From Chrysochromulina tobinii (taxonomy: Eukaryota), in the NCBI GenBank assembly GCA_001275005.1, contig JWZX01002747.1, positions 1 to 42,888 of the forward strand: a DNA stretch of 42,888 bases. Reading direction: 5' to 3'. Below are positions 1-10,670 of this stretch, piece after piece. The notes under the pieces were generated by a model that searched no databases, was not told the DNA's origin, and saw nothing but the letters and a program-made list of their open reading frames with translations. Every line of letters starts with the position of its first letter. Within the stretch, counting starts at the first letter, position 1. A program made the translations under genes and the position numbers.

Positions 1-390
1 TGCACGCCTCCACCGATGGCACGCCGTTCACGTCTGCGACCTCGCTTCCCCACAATATTGTAGAAATGGGCAAGTTTGATGAGTTGTTGATCGTCAAACG
101 TTGGGGTTGTTAGGGTGTGAAAATCCCCCCCCCCACCTCCCCACTCCCCCCTTCTCTCCACACAATCTCGCCCCGCCGAGTTTCCCGACGCACCCGCACG
201 CCAGTGCTACTTTGTGAGTGTTTCGCCGCAGCACAGTGTGGTCTCTCCCTCGTTCTCCCGATCCTGGCTCGGCGACGCTGAGCGTGTAAGCCCCCATTCT
301 CTATGAGAAAGGTGGGGCTGGGTTGCACGAGGTGCACTGACTGCTGTACACGACAACCACGCGCTTGTGTATTGTAGACGCCTCGGAAAA

Positions 391-2120
391 ATGGCACATG
401 ACGGCTTCGCCTTGACGCTCCGGACCAAGGTGAAGGCTGCCCGCAACGATACAGTGGAGGAGAAGAATTCTGCTGCAAACGCTCATCATAAGGCCGCGGC
501 GCGATTACGGCGACGCGAAGCACAGGCTTTCGCAGCGAGCATCGGTGAGCGCAAGGGTGCTCGCGTGGCCATCGTCGGTGCGGGCCCAACTGGCCTGTGG
601 CTCGCGGTGCTCATTGCACGGAAGCACGCGAGCTTTGCAAAAGGGCCCAACGGGCTGGTGATCACGCGGCGACACAATGCGCCGACGGTGGATGTGTTCG
701 AAAAGCGCGAAAAGCGCCGGCCAGGTGCTGACGAGAGGGCACACGGTGCCCGCTCGATCGTGCTGGCCATCACGCAGCAGACGTCGGCGCTCCTCAACCG
801 GCACTTGCACTCACCCCATGGATTCGCGCCGATCTCGCGCGTCGGCCAAATCGAGAGCGTGCTGCTCGCCGAGTTCGAGCGCTACGCAGCCGCCGGCTTC
901 GGGCGTACTCAGTTTGGAGAGGAGGTGTCCGACCCGGACGAGTTGCATGCGCGCGGTTACGACGTGGTCTTCGTCGCCTCGGGCCGGCGGCACGCGTCCG
1001 ACGCGTGGCGCGCCGCACGTGGGATGGAGTCCCTTGTCGACTCGACCTCCGCCGCGACGGTGCTCGAGTTCTGGGGCGCGACGCCGTCCTCTGACTTGTG
1101 GGCGAGCGCGGCTGCGGCGGCAAGCCGGCCGATCGCTCCCGCACGCCTCTTCGTGCGCCCGGGCGCGGATGCGGGGCGTGGCTGGATTTGGCTGGTCGGC
1201 CTGCCCGAGCCGCTCTCCGAAAAGGTCCGTCGGGGCGTGCAAGGAGGTGCCCAAGACGGCGCGCACACTCCCCAGAAGGCGTGCGCGCTGCAGGCGGTGC
1301 TGCAGGCGGTGCTGGCGGAGGGCGCCGGTGCTCGAGACGGCGCCCTATCGCTCCCAGGGGCCGCGGCGACGCTCGAGGCGCTCGCGGTGCTCGGCACGGC
1401 GCTCACACCCACGCCTCTGGCCACCGCTGCTTGCCACTGAGAGCCACTGAGCGCCTCTCTCGCCTGCAGGTGCTCGATACGGCGCTCAAGGTTCAGGGCG
1501 CTCGCGTAGGCTGGACGGAGGCAGCGTACTGGCGGTCCGCGAACGTGGTGCATGCGCCCAGCACGGTGCCCAGCACGGCGCCCATCGCCGCCGGGCTGCC
1601 CCGGGGGCCGACCCTGCTCATCGGGGATGCATGCTGCGGACGCCCGTTTTGGCTCGGTTCGACCCTCAACGGCCACTTTGCGGACCTCGAGGTCCTCGTG
1701 AACGAGGGCACGTGGCATGCAAACAGCTGGGCAGCGGAGGGCGTGAATGCCTTTGGCGCGTACATTGAACGGATGCGTGCGCTGCGGCGCTGCGGCGAGC
1801 AGCGCCCGCCAGCGGAATTCCGTCGTCCCACAGCGCAGGAAAGCGCGCTCGTGTACCACGCGCCCGGCCGACGGGGGATGCACGACGCGATCGCAGCCGA
1901 CTTGCTCAGGACGGCGGCGGCGGCGGCGAGGCGCCTTCGAGCTCGTGCCGTGGGGGTCGACCGAGCCGAGATTGTGCGCACGCAGCGGCTGAGCCCCGCC
2001 GTACCGACTCGCGCTGCGGCGGTGCGCACCGGCGCCGACGCTGCCGCCGCCACCAGCCCCGGCACCGCCAACCCCGCCACCCCCCCCGGCGACGCCATCT
2101 CCGCGTGTTCCGTCCGCTGA
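391..2120 (+). CDS. FAD-dependent oxidoreductase/monooxygenase-like protein; 2 exons (391-1386, 1470-2120)
   Basis: Rossmann motif VAIVGAGPTG, VDVFEKR, YDVVFVASG and the second FAD motif LLIGDA. ORFs 367-1440 and 1098-2120 join in frame through an 83-nt GT-AG intron (1387-1469). Confidence 0.7.
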
Positions 2121-2321
2121 GACTCATTTCTCGAGCCGAGACAAAAACGGAAGACACGTAACACTGCAGTCTATTTATAGCTTCCTTTTTTTTCGTTCTG
2201 CCGCTGCGGAAAGTGGATGCGCTTAGGCCTTCGGCGGGGCTGGATGTTCTGGTTCACGAGTCCGCCCAACAAAGAGCTCTCCCACAATTCAGTCTCAGCA
2301 TCTCAGCATAATCCAGCTCAT

Positions 2322-5072
2322 ATGCGGCTCCAGGTGATGTGCGGCGGCTACCAGAAGAATCTCAAAAGTGAGGACCGCTTCATTACTCATACTGCAAGCC
2401 TCGCAGGGGACCGCTGCTACTTCATGCTGGTCGCGGATGGGCATGGTGGGAAGGATGCGGCACAATTGGCAGCGCAGCGGATCCTGCCGCTCATCGCCCA
2501 GGAGGCAGGGAACGGCAGCGGCGCCGAGCTGAACAGGGCGTGTGTCAAAAGCTTCCGCACGCTGCACGAGGAGATCTGCGCGTCCGGCACGACCGCGGGC
2601 TCGACGCTCACCGTGTGCTGCATCAACGCGTCGCGGCAAGAGCTGCACGTTTGGAACGTCGGCGACTCTCTCGCAGTGCTCGTCGACGCCGACGGCCACG
2701 CGCCCCTCGGCGTGAGCCATCGGCTCGGGATCAATCCAGATGAGCAGTCGCGGCTGCAAGCACTCGGCGTCAAGCTTGGCCGCGCGATGACAGAAGAGGG
2801 CAAAGAGGGCGGGCCGCTGCGCGCCTGGCCCGGCGGCCTGGCCGTCACCCGCGCCATCGGCGACGCCGACTGCATGAGCTACGTCATCCCCGCGCCTGTG
2901 TGGTCCAAATGTCCAGTGCCGCCCAAGGGCGGTGCGCTGCTCGCGTGCACTGATGGCGTATGGGACCTCATGTCTGCGGACGAGGCGGCGACGATACTAC
3001 TCAAGGGCGAGTACGACGCGGCGCGCGACGCGGCGCGCCAGGTCGTGCGAAAGGCAGTGAGCCGCGGCCTGGTCGATGACACGACCGCTGCGGTCATGCT
3101 TTTCGGCCCCGTGCTCGAAGACGATGACGAAGACGATGGCACTCTGGCGACCAGACCCGCGGCCATCCCGGAGTCTCAGACGCCTCCTCGGCCCGCCCGA
3201 GCGAAGAGTGGGGAGCTGACGATCCAGGTCCAAGACCTGACCTCTGCCCCTGCCCCCGCCGCCACCACGAGCCAAGCGGCGGTGCGCCGAGCGCCTCCGA
3301 CGTCGTCGTCGGTTCGTCAAGTTTCGTCGGTTCGGCGCATCCGAAAGCTCAGTGGGGATATCCTCTTCGACTTACCCCCCAAAGAGGACGACAAGGACGA
3401 CTCCGACGAGTTCCTCCTGAGCACCGATCGAGCCCTCATATCCCCATCCACGCAGAATCCCCTCGGCAGCCAGAACGCAAAGCTCGAGCTCCACCAGGCG
3501 CCCCAGTCGGTGCGCGCCTCGATCGATGCAGGCCCGAGCTCAGAGGCGGGGTCGTCGCTTGATCAGCGGCTCGAGGCGCGGAGGCTCTCGGATCAGCTCT
3601 TGGAGCTGTCGGACTCCATCCGACGAAACTCTGACGAACCCCAACGAGCCATCCGACGAAACTCTGACGAAGCCCAACGAGCCCCGGTGCCGTTGCGTGG
3701 GCCCGGCCTCGCGGGCTCTCTGGCCCCGAGCGCTCGTATTAGTCCTGCGACCAGCGAGGAGATGACGAGTGCCGCGGCCCAGGGCTCGGAGACGCCCAGC
3801 AGGCAGCACAGAGGCTCCACAAGCCTGGGCAACTCCCCTGCTTCCTCGCGCGCAAGCAACACCGATCGCAACTCACTGCGTCTCTCGACCATCTTCGACT
3901 CTTTCGTGCGCGATGCACCTAAGGCTCCCGGGACGACGCCACCGTGGGCGGGCAGCACGACCGGCCGAAGATCCCTCAACACGATCGATCGCTTCGGCAT
4001 CCTCACCTTGGACGCCGCAAACCCTGCTCGCGAAGCCGGGACGCCGCTGCCAGGGGGGGCTTGGTCACCGCGACGAGAGCCAAACGTCGACAACCATCAC
4101 GGGTCGGACTTGCAGGAGTTTACCCGCTGGCGCCGCAAGTATACCGCCGATGGGGACGCGGGCACCCGGGTAGTCGACTTTTCGAAGCTCACCATCAGCA
4201 GGTACTTGGGTGAAGGCGAGTTTGCGATGGCGCATCAGACGACCCTCGACGAGCGCCCCGCGGCGATCAAGATGCTCAAGAAGGAGAAGCGCGAGATCCC
4301 CTCTGCCGTGGAGGGTCTCAAGCGCGAGATCATGATGATGACGCTGATGGACCACCCGAATGTGCTCAAGGCGTACGCGCTCGGCCAGCACGAGGGCATC
4401 CCACTCATGATCGTCGAGCTGCTCAGCCGCACGCTCCCCTCGCAGTTGCCGCGTAACCCGGACACGGTCCCCTTTTGGGTGCGATGGCGCGAAGTCAAGC
4501 GCTGGCCGCTCTCGCGCAGCCTGCACTGCGCGGTGCAGCTCGCGCGCGCCCTCAAGTACTGCCACGACGACGCGTTCCCGGGCTACCGCGTCCTGCACCG
4601 TGACGTGAAGCCCAACAACATCGGCTTCATCCACGACCCTGAGGACCCCGACCATCTCGTCCTCTTTGACTTTGGGCTCGCCAAGCTGTGGGGAATCAAG
4701 AACGATCCGAGCGACACCCTCGCCCGCAACCTGACGGGTGAGACGGGCTCGCTTCGTTACATGGCGCCCGAGGTGGCCAACTCGAGGCCGTACTGCCCGA
4801 AGGCGGAGGTCTTCTCGTTCGCCACCGTCACGTACGAGATCGCTTCCTGCGAGAAGCCCTTCTCGAGCATGCTGCCCGACCAGTTTCGCCGGGCGATCGG
4901 CAAGGGCTACGTGCCAGAGATCCCGCGCAAGTGGCCGGCCGAGCTGCAGTCCCTGATCTCCGAGTGCTGGAAACTGGACGCGCAGCAGCGGCCCGAGTTC
5001 CGCGAGATCGTGCCTCGCCTCGAGGCGCTCTGTGCCGAGCACCCGCAGAAACCTCTTCAAAGAGCCGCCTGA
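2322..5072 (+). CDS. PP2C (PPM) phosphatase fused to a C-terminal TKL-like protein kinase
   Basis: One uninterrupted ORF. PP2C motifs SEDR, VADGHGG, WNVGDS, LAVTRAIGD, CTDGVWD, DDTT. Kinase motifs LGEGEFA, AAIK, HRDVKPNN, DFG, YMAPE. An alternative upstream ATG lies at 2217. Confidence 0.9.
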   Translation: MRLQVMCGGYQKNLKSEDRFITHTASLAGDRCYFMLVADGHGGKDAAQLAAQRILPLIAQEAGNGSGAELNRACVKSFRTLHEEICASGTTAGSTLTVCCINASRQELHVWNVGDSLAVLVDADGHAPLGVSHRLGINPDEQSRLQALGVKLGRAMTEEGKEGGPLRAWPGGLAVTRAIGDADCMSYVIPAPVWSKCPVPPKGGALLACTDGVWDLMSADEAATILLKGEYDAARDAARQVVRKAVSRGLVDDTTAAVMLFGPVLEDDDEDDGTLATRPAAIPESQTPPRPARAKSGELTIQVQDLTSAPAPAATTSQAAVRRAPPTSSSVRQVSSVRRIRKLSGDILFDLPPKEDDKDDSDEFLLSTDRALISPSTQNPLGSQNAKLELHQAPQSVRASIDAGPSSEAGSSLDQRLEARRLSDQLLELSDSIRRNSDEPQRAIRRNSDEAQRAPVPLRGPGLAGSLAPSARISPATSEEMTSAAAQGSETPSRQHRGSTSLGNSPASSRASNTDRNSLRLSTIFDSFVRDAPKAPGTTPPWAGSTTGRRSLNTIDRFGILTLDAANPAREAGTPLPGGAWSPRREPNVDNHHGSDLQEFTRWRRKYTADGDAGTRVVDFSKLTISRYLGEGEFAMAHQTTLDERPAAIKMLKKEKREIPSAVEGLKREIMMMTLMDHPNVLKAYALGQHEGIPLMIVELLSRTLPSQLPRNPDTVPFWVRWREVKRWPLSRSLHCAVQLARALKYCHDDAFPGYRVLHRDVKPNNIGFIHDPEDPDHLVLFDFGLAKLWGIKNDPSDTLARNLTGETGSLRYMAPEVANSRPYCPKAEVFSFATVTYEIASCEKPFSSMLPDQFRRAIGKGYVPEIPRKWPAELQSLISECWKLDAQQRPEFREIVPRLEALCAEHPQKPLQRAA

Positions 5073-5915
5073 GAAATACCTCGGGAGTAAGAACTCTCCA
5101 AAATGGCGAATGCTCGGCAGGTCGCTCCGCACCCGCTCAGTTGCCTAATTAGGTCGCTCATCTGCCTGATTCGTCGGCACTCCGGTCCTGTCATCTGGGG
5201 TAGGGGGTTTGCCGTCGGTTCTCGTTCGCGTTCGCCGTGCTCTCGGCCGCTGGTCTTGGTCGTGATGTATCTTCTGTGCGCGCGTGCTCACGCACTTCTC
5301 GTGGTGCGCTGTTCGCTCGTTGAATGATGCCTTGCTCAAAGGACCAGGAAATGGCTACAGCGTACCGGGGAATGGGCACGGCCGCCCCCTTCTTCTGAAA
5401 GTTGGGTATCCTGAGGTAGGAAAGGGGCAAAGAGGCTTTGTCACGCTGCGAAAACATTAGGCGGAGTGAGTGCGGAGGGACCGCGACGAAACTGACCGAC
5501 TGGCTGTCTGAAACATAGGCCCACCCTTTGTGTTGACCGAGGGGAGCGGAGCCGTCCGTCGAGACGGTGGTGGAGTGAGCGTGGTAGGGGTGTGCTGGGA
5601 GAGCCCGACCTCACTAGCGAAATTGAGTAGCCCGAGCGAGCGAGTACTCTGTACTTGTGTTGACCGAGGGGAGCGGAGCCGTCCTTTGAGACGGCGGTGG
5701 AGTGAGCGTGGGGGGACCGCGAAGAAACTGAACTGAACTGAACTGAGCGTGGTAGGACCGCGAAGAAACTGAAACTGAAACTGAACTGGCCGGCGTCTCG
5801 ACGCTTTTATTACGGGTCGTACCGTTGCAGGGTGGATTCCACTGATGATTCCGAAACTAGGGTGGTCTCGACAACCGCGCAGTTTGCGGTGGGGAACAAC
5901 ACGTTGTAGCGCCAG

Positions 5916-8835
5916 ATGCCACTCGACGCACCTCGCCGTGGACAACCTCGCGACGAATCGCTCGAGTCGTCGGAGGTTGCATTCGAGGGCAAGGAGTCGT
6001 CGACGACAGATCAGTCGCTGATAAGCTCATCTTCCTCCTCCTTTTTCGATTCATCCGAGAACGTGACGTTGTCTGCGGGCTTGCAGGCGCTGGACCTTCA
6101 TGAGGCTCCCCCGTTGCTCATTGCCACCAGAATCGGCTCGCACACGGCGAGCCACAAGGGAGAGGACGGCTTGCGCGTCAGGCGCCTCGTCATTGGCGGA
6201 GACGTCGTACTGTGTGCAGTTCTCGCGGACGGGCATGGAGGCCATGAAGCAGCCTTGTTCGTGGTGGATCATCTCATCGAGTTCCTCGGCGAGGAGAGCC
6301 ATAACGACGCGAGCGCCCACGGGCTCTCGCAGGCCTCGGAGCGCGCCTTTGCCCGGCTGCACGCGCTGCTGCTCGCAGACGACCGGCACACGGCCGGCAC
6401 CACGGCGACCCTGTGCCTGCTCAACGAGACGCGCGGAGAGATCACGACGGCGCACGTGGGTGACTCAGCCGCTCTCCTCGTGAGCGCCAATATGGCAAAG
6501 ACGTACGAGCACGCCGCGATCCCCGACGCCGCGACTCCCCTCGCCACGAGCCCCCTCACCTCCGAGCACTGCCTCGTCGACAGCGTCGATGAGCGTCGTC
6601 GCGTGAGCGCGTTGGGCGCCAAGCTTGGGCATCTACACGGGCGGTTGCGCGCCTTCCCTGGCGGTGTTCACTGCGCCCGAGCGATCGGCGACCGCGACTG
6701 CAGAGCGTTCGTGAGCCCTGTGCCGGACATCAAGGTGATGCCTGTTCCGGAGGGGTCTGCGGTCGTGCTCATGGCGAGTGACGGGGTTTGGAGCGCTCTC
6801 CGGCGCGAGAAGGTCGTCAAGCTGGCGCTCACGGCAAATGACGAGAACCAGGCCGCCGAACAGATCGTGGCCAAGGCGATGCGTGCGAATGGTCGCCGCG
6901 ACGTGACGTGCGTCTTCCTCTTCGTCCAAAGGCTCGCCGCGCGGGAGGCGAGCTCCGCCGGCAAGCTCGCGTCGCGCTCGTGCTCGCGAGACATTGCACT
7001 GCTGCGGCCCTTCCCCAAGGCTTCTAGCTCTGCTGAGATCAGACATACAGCGACAGCGACAGCGAAAGCCCAGAATTCGGAACTCGCGGCACTCCTCGCG
7101 GCAGCCGCGGCGCGACGAGATCCCTCTGATTGGCCACCGGATCGTCTGCAGGTGCCCCTGCCACCGCCGAGCATGCCGCCGAGGTGGACCCTACCAGACG
7201 AGCTCGTCCAGAACGTGGCATTCCACCTTTGCCGCCTGTCTGGCAAGGTCGGCCGCACGCTGATGCGCAGCATCTGCCGGAGCTGGTATGCCGCCATCTC
7301 CGCGGTCGACGACGAGTTGTGGAAGCTCCTTTGCTGCCAGCGGTACCCCTTTCTTCCAGACGTAATCCATAGCTGGCCCTCCGACGAGCCGTGCTCCTCC
7401 TTTCAGGACTGGCGTGAGCTGTACCGTGCCCAGATGCACAGCCACGCAGTCGCAAGCGCCAAGGCGCTCCCACTCTCTCCCAGGTCCTCCTTTCGCATCA
7501 CAGTCGAGGTTTGGAGTCCTTTCGTCCGCTTATGCACAGAGCGCGCCGAGGACGCGGAACGCCTCGGCACCTGTGTGCTCGAAGTTCGGTACATCTGGGC
7601 AGGGGACGTTCGATCCGCCATCCTCGAGCCTGTCGAGCTCCAAAAGCGTGACACGGCGCTCCAGTCTGTGCCCTGCTGTAGCGATGGTGACGGGGCGCAG
7701 CTCTTGGCCAACCGGACCAGAGGTGTTGCACAAGCTCCCTTCTCGTCGAAGTACGAGCAGGCTGCTTCGATGATCCGAGTGCTCTGCACACGGGACTCGG
7801 GCGCCACGATCGTGCTCTACACTGCACCAGCGGACCTCGACGAGGCGAGGCGCTTACCGGTCCGGTCGGAGCTCGTGACACGCGCGGGGCTCTCAGCCGC
7901 CTATTCGGAGCACTTCGCGCTCGGCCTCCAATTCGGCGTCGTTTCGGCGGACGCCGTGGGCTCCGCTTCGCATCCGCTTCTTCGCTGGCCACAATCAAGG
8001 GCGCTGGCTTGCCGAGGAGCGTTGCGTACTCACGTACCTGGAGCACTTTGCACCGTGGAAGGAGGCTGGCCTCTGCTCCTACCAGGATGCTTGCGTGCAC
8101 GTGTCCACAGTGGCCGAGCTCCACTCGATGTTTGGGGGCGTTTGGAACTATTCGCGGTCCTGGCGGCGGCACTGCGGCACTGCCGTGGTGCCGAAAGCTC
8201 GCAGCTCCAGCTTTGTGATCTCCGTGGAGCTCCGAGACATCTCGCAACATCTCGCTGGAGCTCCATCGCTCGAGATCAGCCGAGATGCATCGCCAGGGAA
8301 GCCTCTGCGCGGAGATGTACCCGAGATCAGTACCCGAGAGGTGCCCGGTGGACTGTCGTTGTTACCCGCCCAAGCACGTTGGGTCGGCGTTCTGACGAGG
8401 AACGTCGAGGACGAGCCTCCCCAAATCCGGCTCTGGGAGGGAGTGGCGCCCGACTGGGTCCACTTTACGGACGATGGGGCGAACGTGGTCACCGTCTACG
8501 TGACCCGCGGGGATGGCTGCACGCTCCGAATCTTCGAACAGCGGCTGGAGCTCTTCGATGATGACCGGGCCGAGGGGATCGACGATGTCCGAAAGGTCCT
8601 CTCGGCTGCCAGTACCCTGCCCACCTGCCCTCTCTTGTCCACCTGGCTTGGCATCGCCGATTCCAGATTGGACAAATGTTCTTTCTCAGAGACGTTTGAC
8701 ATGCACGTTCTGCTCACCCACGATGGACTCGTCGAACTCTCTTGGGGCCACTGCCATGAGCATGACCAGGGCGCCGATGCATCCGACAGTAATACCATCT
8801 ACCTCGACTTATTCGCGCCCTGGCCAGATCGGTAG
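5916..8835 (+). CDS. PP2C-like domain + F-box + two copies of an uncharacterised domain ending YL(E/D)xFAPW; apparent frameshift near 7960
   Basis: PP2C motifs GEDG, LADGHGG, AHVGDS, CARAIGD, ASDGVW. F-box-like LPDELVQNVAFHL..ICRSW...DELWKLLC. Coding sense moves from the 5916 frame to the 8095 frame at about 7955-7966. Confidence 0.6.
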
Positions 8836-9326
8836 CTCACGTCATCGGAGCGTGTTATCCGTCCGATGAGGATGACGTCCTCTGAGTATGGACCTCTTGT
8901 CAACCTCAGTACGTCCTGAGAGTATGTCCCCATAATCCGTAAACGACCGATACACGATCCCCGTTTTGTCCAGATCCGTAAACAATCGATGCACAATTGG
9001 CGCCTGATCGGCGCATCACTGGGCTGGCGCGAGTGCCGATCGGCCGTTACGCGGTTCGGTATCCGGGTTCGGGGTTGACCTCGGACCGCGGAGCACGGCG
9101 ATCGGCGTCCGGCGTCCTAGACGTCCCTAATTAATCCCTAATCCGCTAATGAGATGAGACCCCGCGGCGTCGGTCCGGGGCGGCGGGGGCACGGGTTGCG
9201 TCGCCGTGCGCGCAGAAATACTTAAGTGGGTCGTCTTAGGCTCATAATGCTTGTTCGGTAACAGAGGTGTTGTGGCACACGCTGACTTTCGCCTACCCCG
9301 CGCATTTCTCGGCTACATGGCTCTTC

Positions 9327-9857
9327 TCACTCCGCGTCTGGAAAGTCGAGGAGATGCTGTGCAATGGCCTCCTCAGAGGCGGCCAAGGCAGCCTCGGCGA
9401 TCTCTTCAAGCCGGCTTGCCTCCTCAGCGGCCTCCACCGCGTCTGACAGCAGGCTCGTCGCCTCAAGCGACTTGCCCATCGCGTCGGAGGAGCCGCTTAA
9501 CATCCTAAGGGAGAATTTGTTGGACGCCTTCAACTCGTCGGCAACAGCCTCGGAGCTCATGCCCGCCGCCTCTGCCGCCTCCTCAGCATCGATGGAGAGT
9601 TTCTCGGCAAGCTCTCGCGCCTTGAGCGCATCTGCCCATGCGTCCTCGGCCGCCTTGACAGCAGCCTCCACGTCATCCTCAGTGACCACCAAACTGATAT
9701 GGCAGCGGCGCGAGGCAAGAGCTGGCAGGCGAGGCACGGCGACGCTCGGCCAGGTCTGCGAGGTATGTGAGGGCACGGCGTAGATCACAGTATTAGCACG
9801 CATGGGCGATGGTATCAGCATCGAGAGCGATGGTATCAGCATCGAGAGGACGGCCAT
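9327..9857 (-). CDS. Small Ala/Glu-rich helical protein with a possible N-terminal targeting peptide
   Basis: 176 aa ORF with a hydrophobic then S/R/P-rich N-terminus and an acidic coiled-coil-like body (EDDVEAAVKAAEDAW...). No family recognised. Confidence 0.55.
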   Translation of the reverse strand: MAVLSMLIPSLSMLIPSPMRANTVIYAVPSHTSQTWPSVAVPRLPALASRRCHISLVVTEDDVEAAVKAAEDAWADALKARELAEKLSIDAEEAAEAAGMSSEAVADELKASNKFSLRMLSGSSDAMGKSLEATSLLSDAVEAAEEASRLEEIAEAALAASEEAIAQHLLDFPDAE

Positions 9858-10434
9858 TTCCCTTGTGAATAGCGTACGTGCGTACCTGGCCGCGCGAGAT
9901 TTTGGGTGCCGTTGTGAGCACTGCGATTCGGGCGGCCTCAGTGCTTTCCCGCGTATTTGGGGGATTGGAGCACGGTGTTCCCCTTTCGCGCACTTTTTTA
10001 CAATGCACGTCGACGCAGCCTCGCAGCCTCAGCCTCTCAGCGCTCAACACATTTCTAGAGAGAGCAGAGTCAGAGTTGACGATGTCCTGCAGGGAATCAG
10101 ACTCTCACATGACTGAAGCATCAAGGTGCGGCCCACATACGGCCTCCTCAGAATGCAGCTGCGCGTACGCACCTCCATCGCCCTTCCCTAACTCGCCAGC
10201 GTCACGCGGACAGATGGGAGATCCCCGCGGACCGCTGGCGGACCCTCGATGCCTTCTCCGTCCAACGTCATGCGTGCTCACCAACAACAGCCCCCCCGTT
10301 GGCATGCACGCCCGTCCAATGGCATGCATGCATGCGTGCCCGCCAACAGCCCGTCTGCCCGCATCACGTCTGGCCTCACGTCCCCACAGCCCCTCCCCAC
10401 TCGCCTCTCCACTCGCCTTCCTTATCGATCAGAC

Positions 10435-10497
10435 CAGAGGGCCACGATTCACAGGGCCACGATTCACAGGGCCACGATTCACAGGGCCACGATTCAC
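10435..10497. repeat. 15-bp tandem repeat (cagggccacgattca) x4
   Basis: Directly visible downstream of the CYP51-fusion stop codon. Confidence 0.9.
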
Positions 10498-10670
10498 GCA
10501 GGTAGCCGCGCGCACCAGGCGACAGCTCCTACCAAGGCGCTCCCGCATGCATGCATTTCGTCGTTGGCGACGCGCCCACCACGGCGCGGAGCCCACCACG
10601 GCGCGTTCACGACCAGAGCTCCTGCATCAGGCGTGGCGCCCACCACGGCGCGGCGCCCACCACGGCGCGC

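Noticed and set aside
7970..8561. C-terminal ~200 aa of the 881-aa ORF as given in the track
   Set aside because: Arg/Gly-rich and motif-less; the alternative frame carries the repeated domain.
8860..9250. Possible MITE in the intergenic region
   Set aside because: Only short imperfect direct repeats; no terminal inverted repeats or target-site duplication found.
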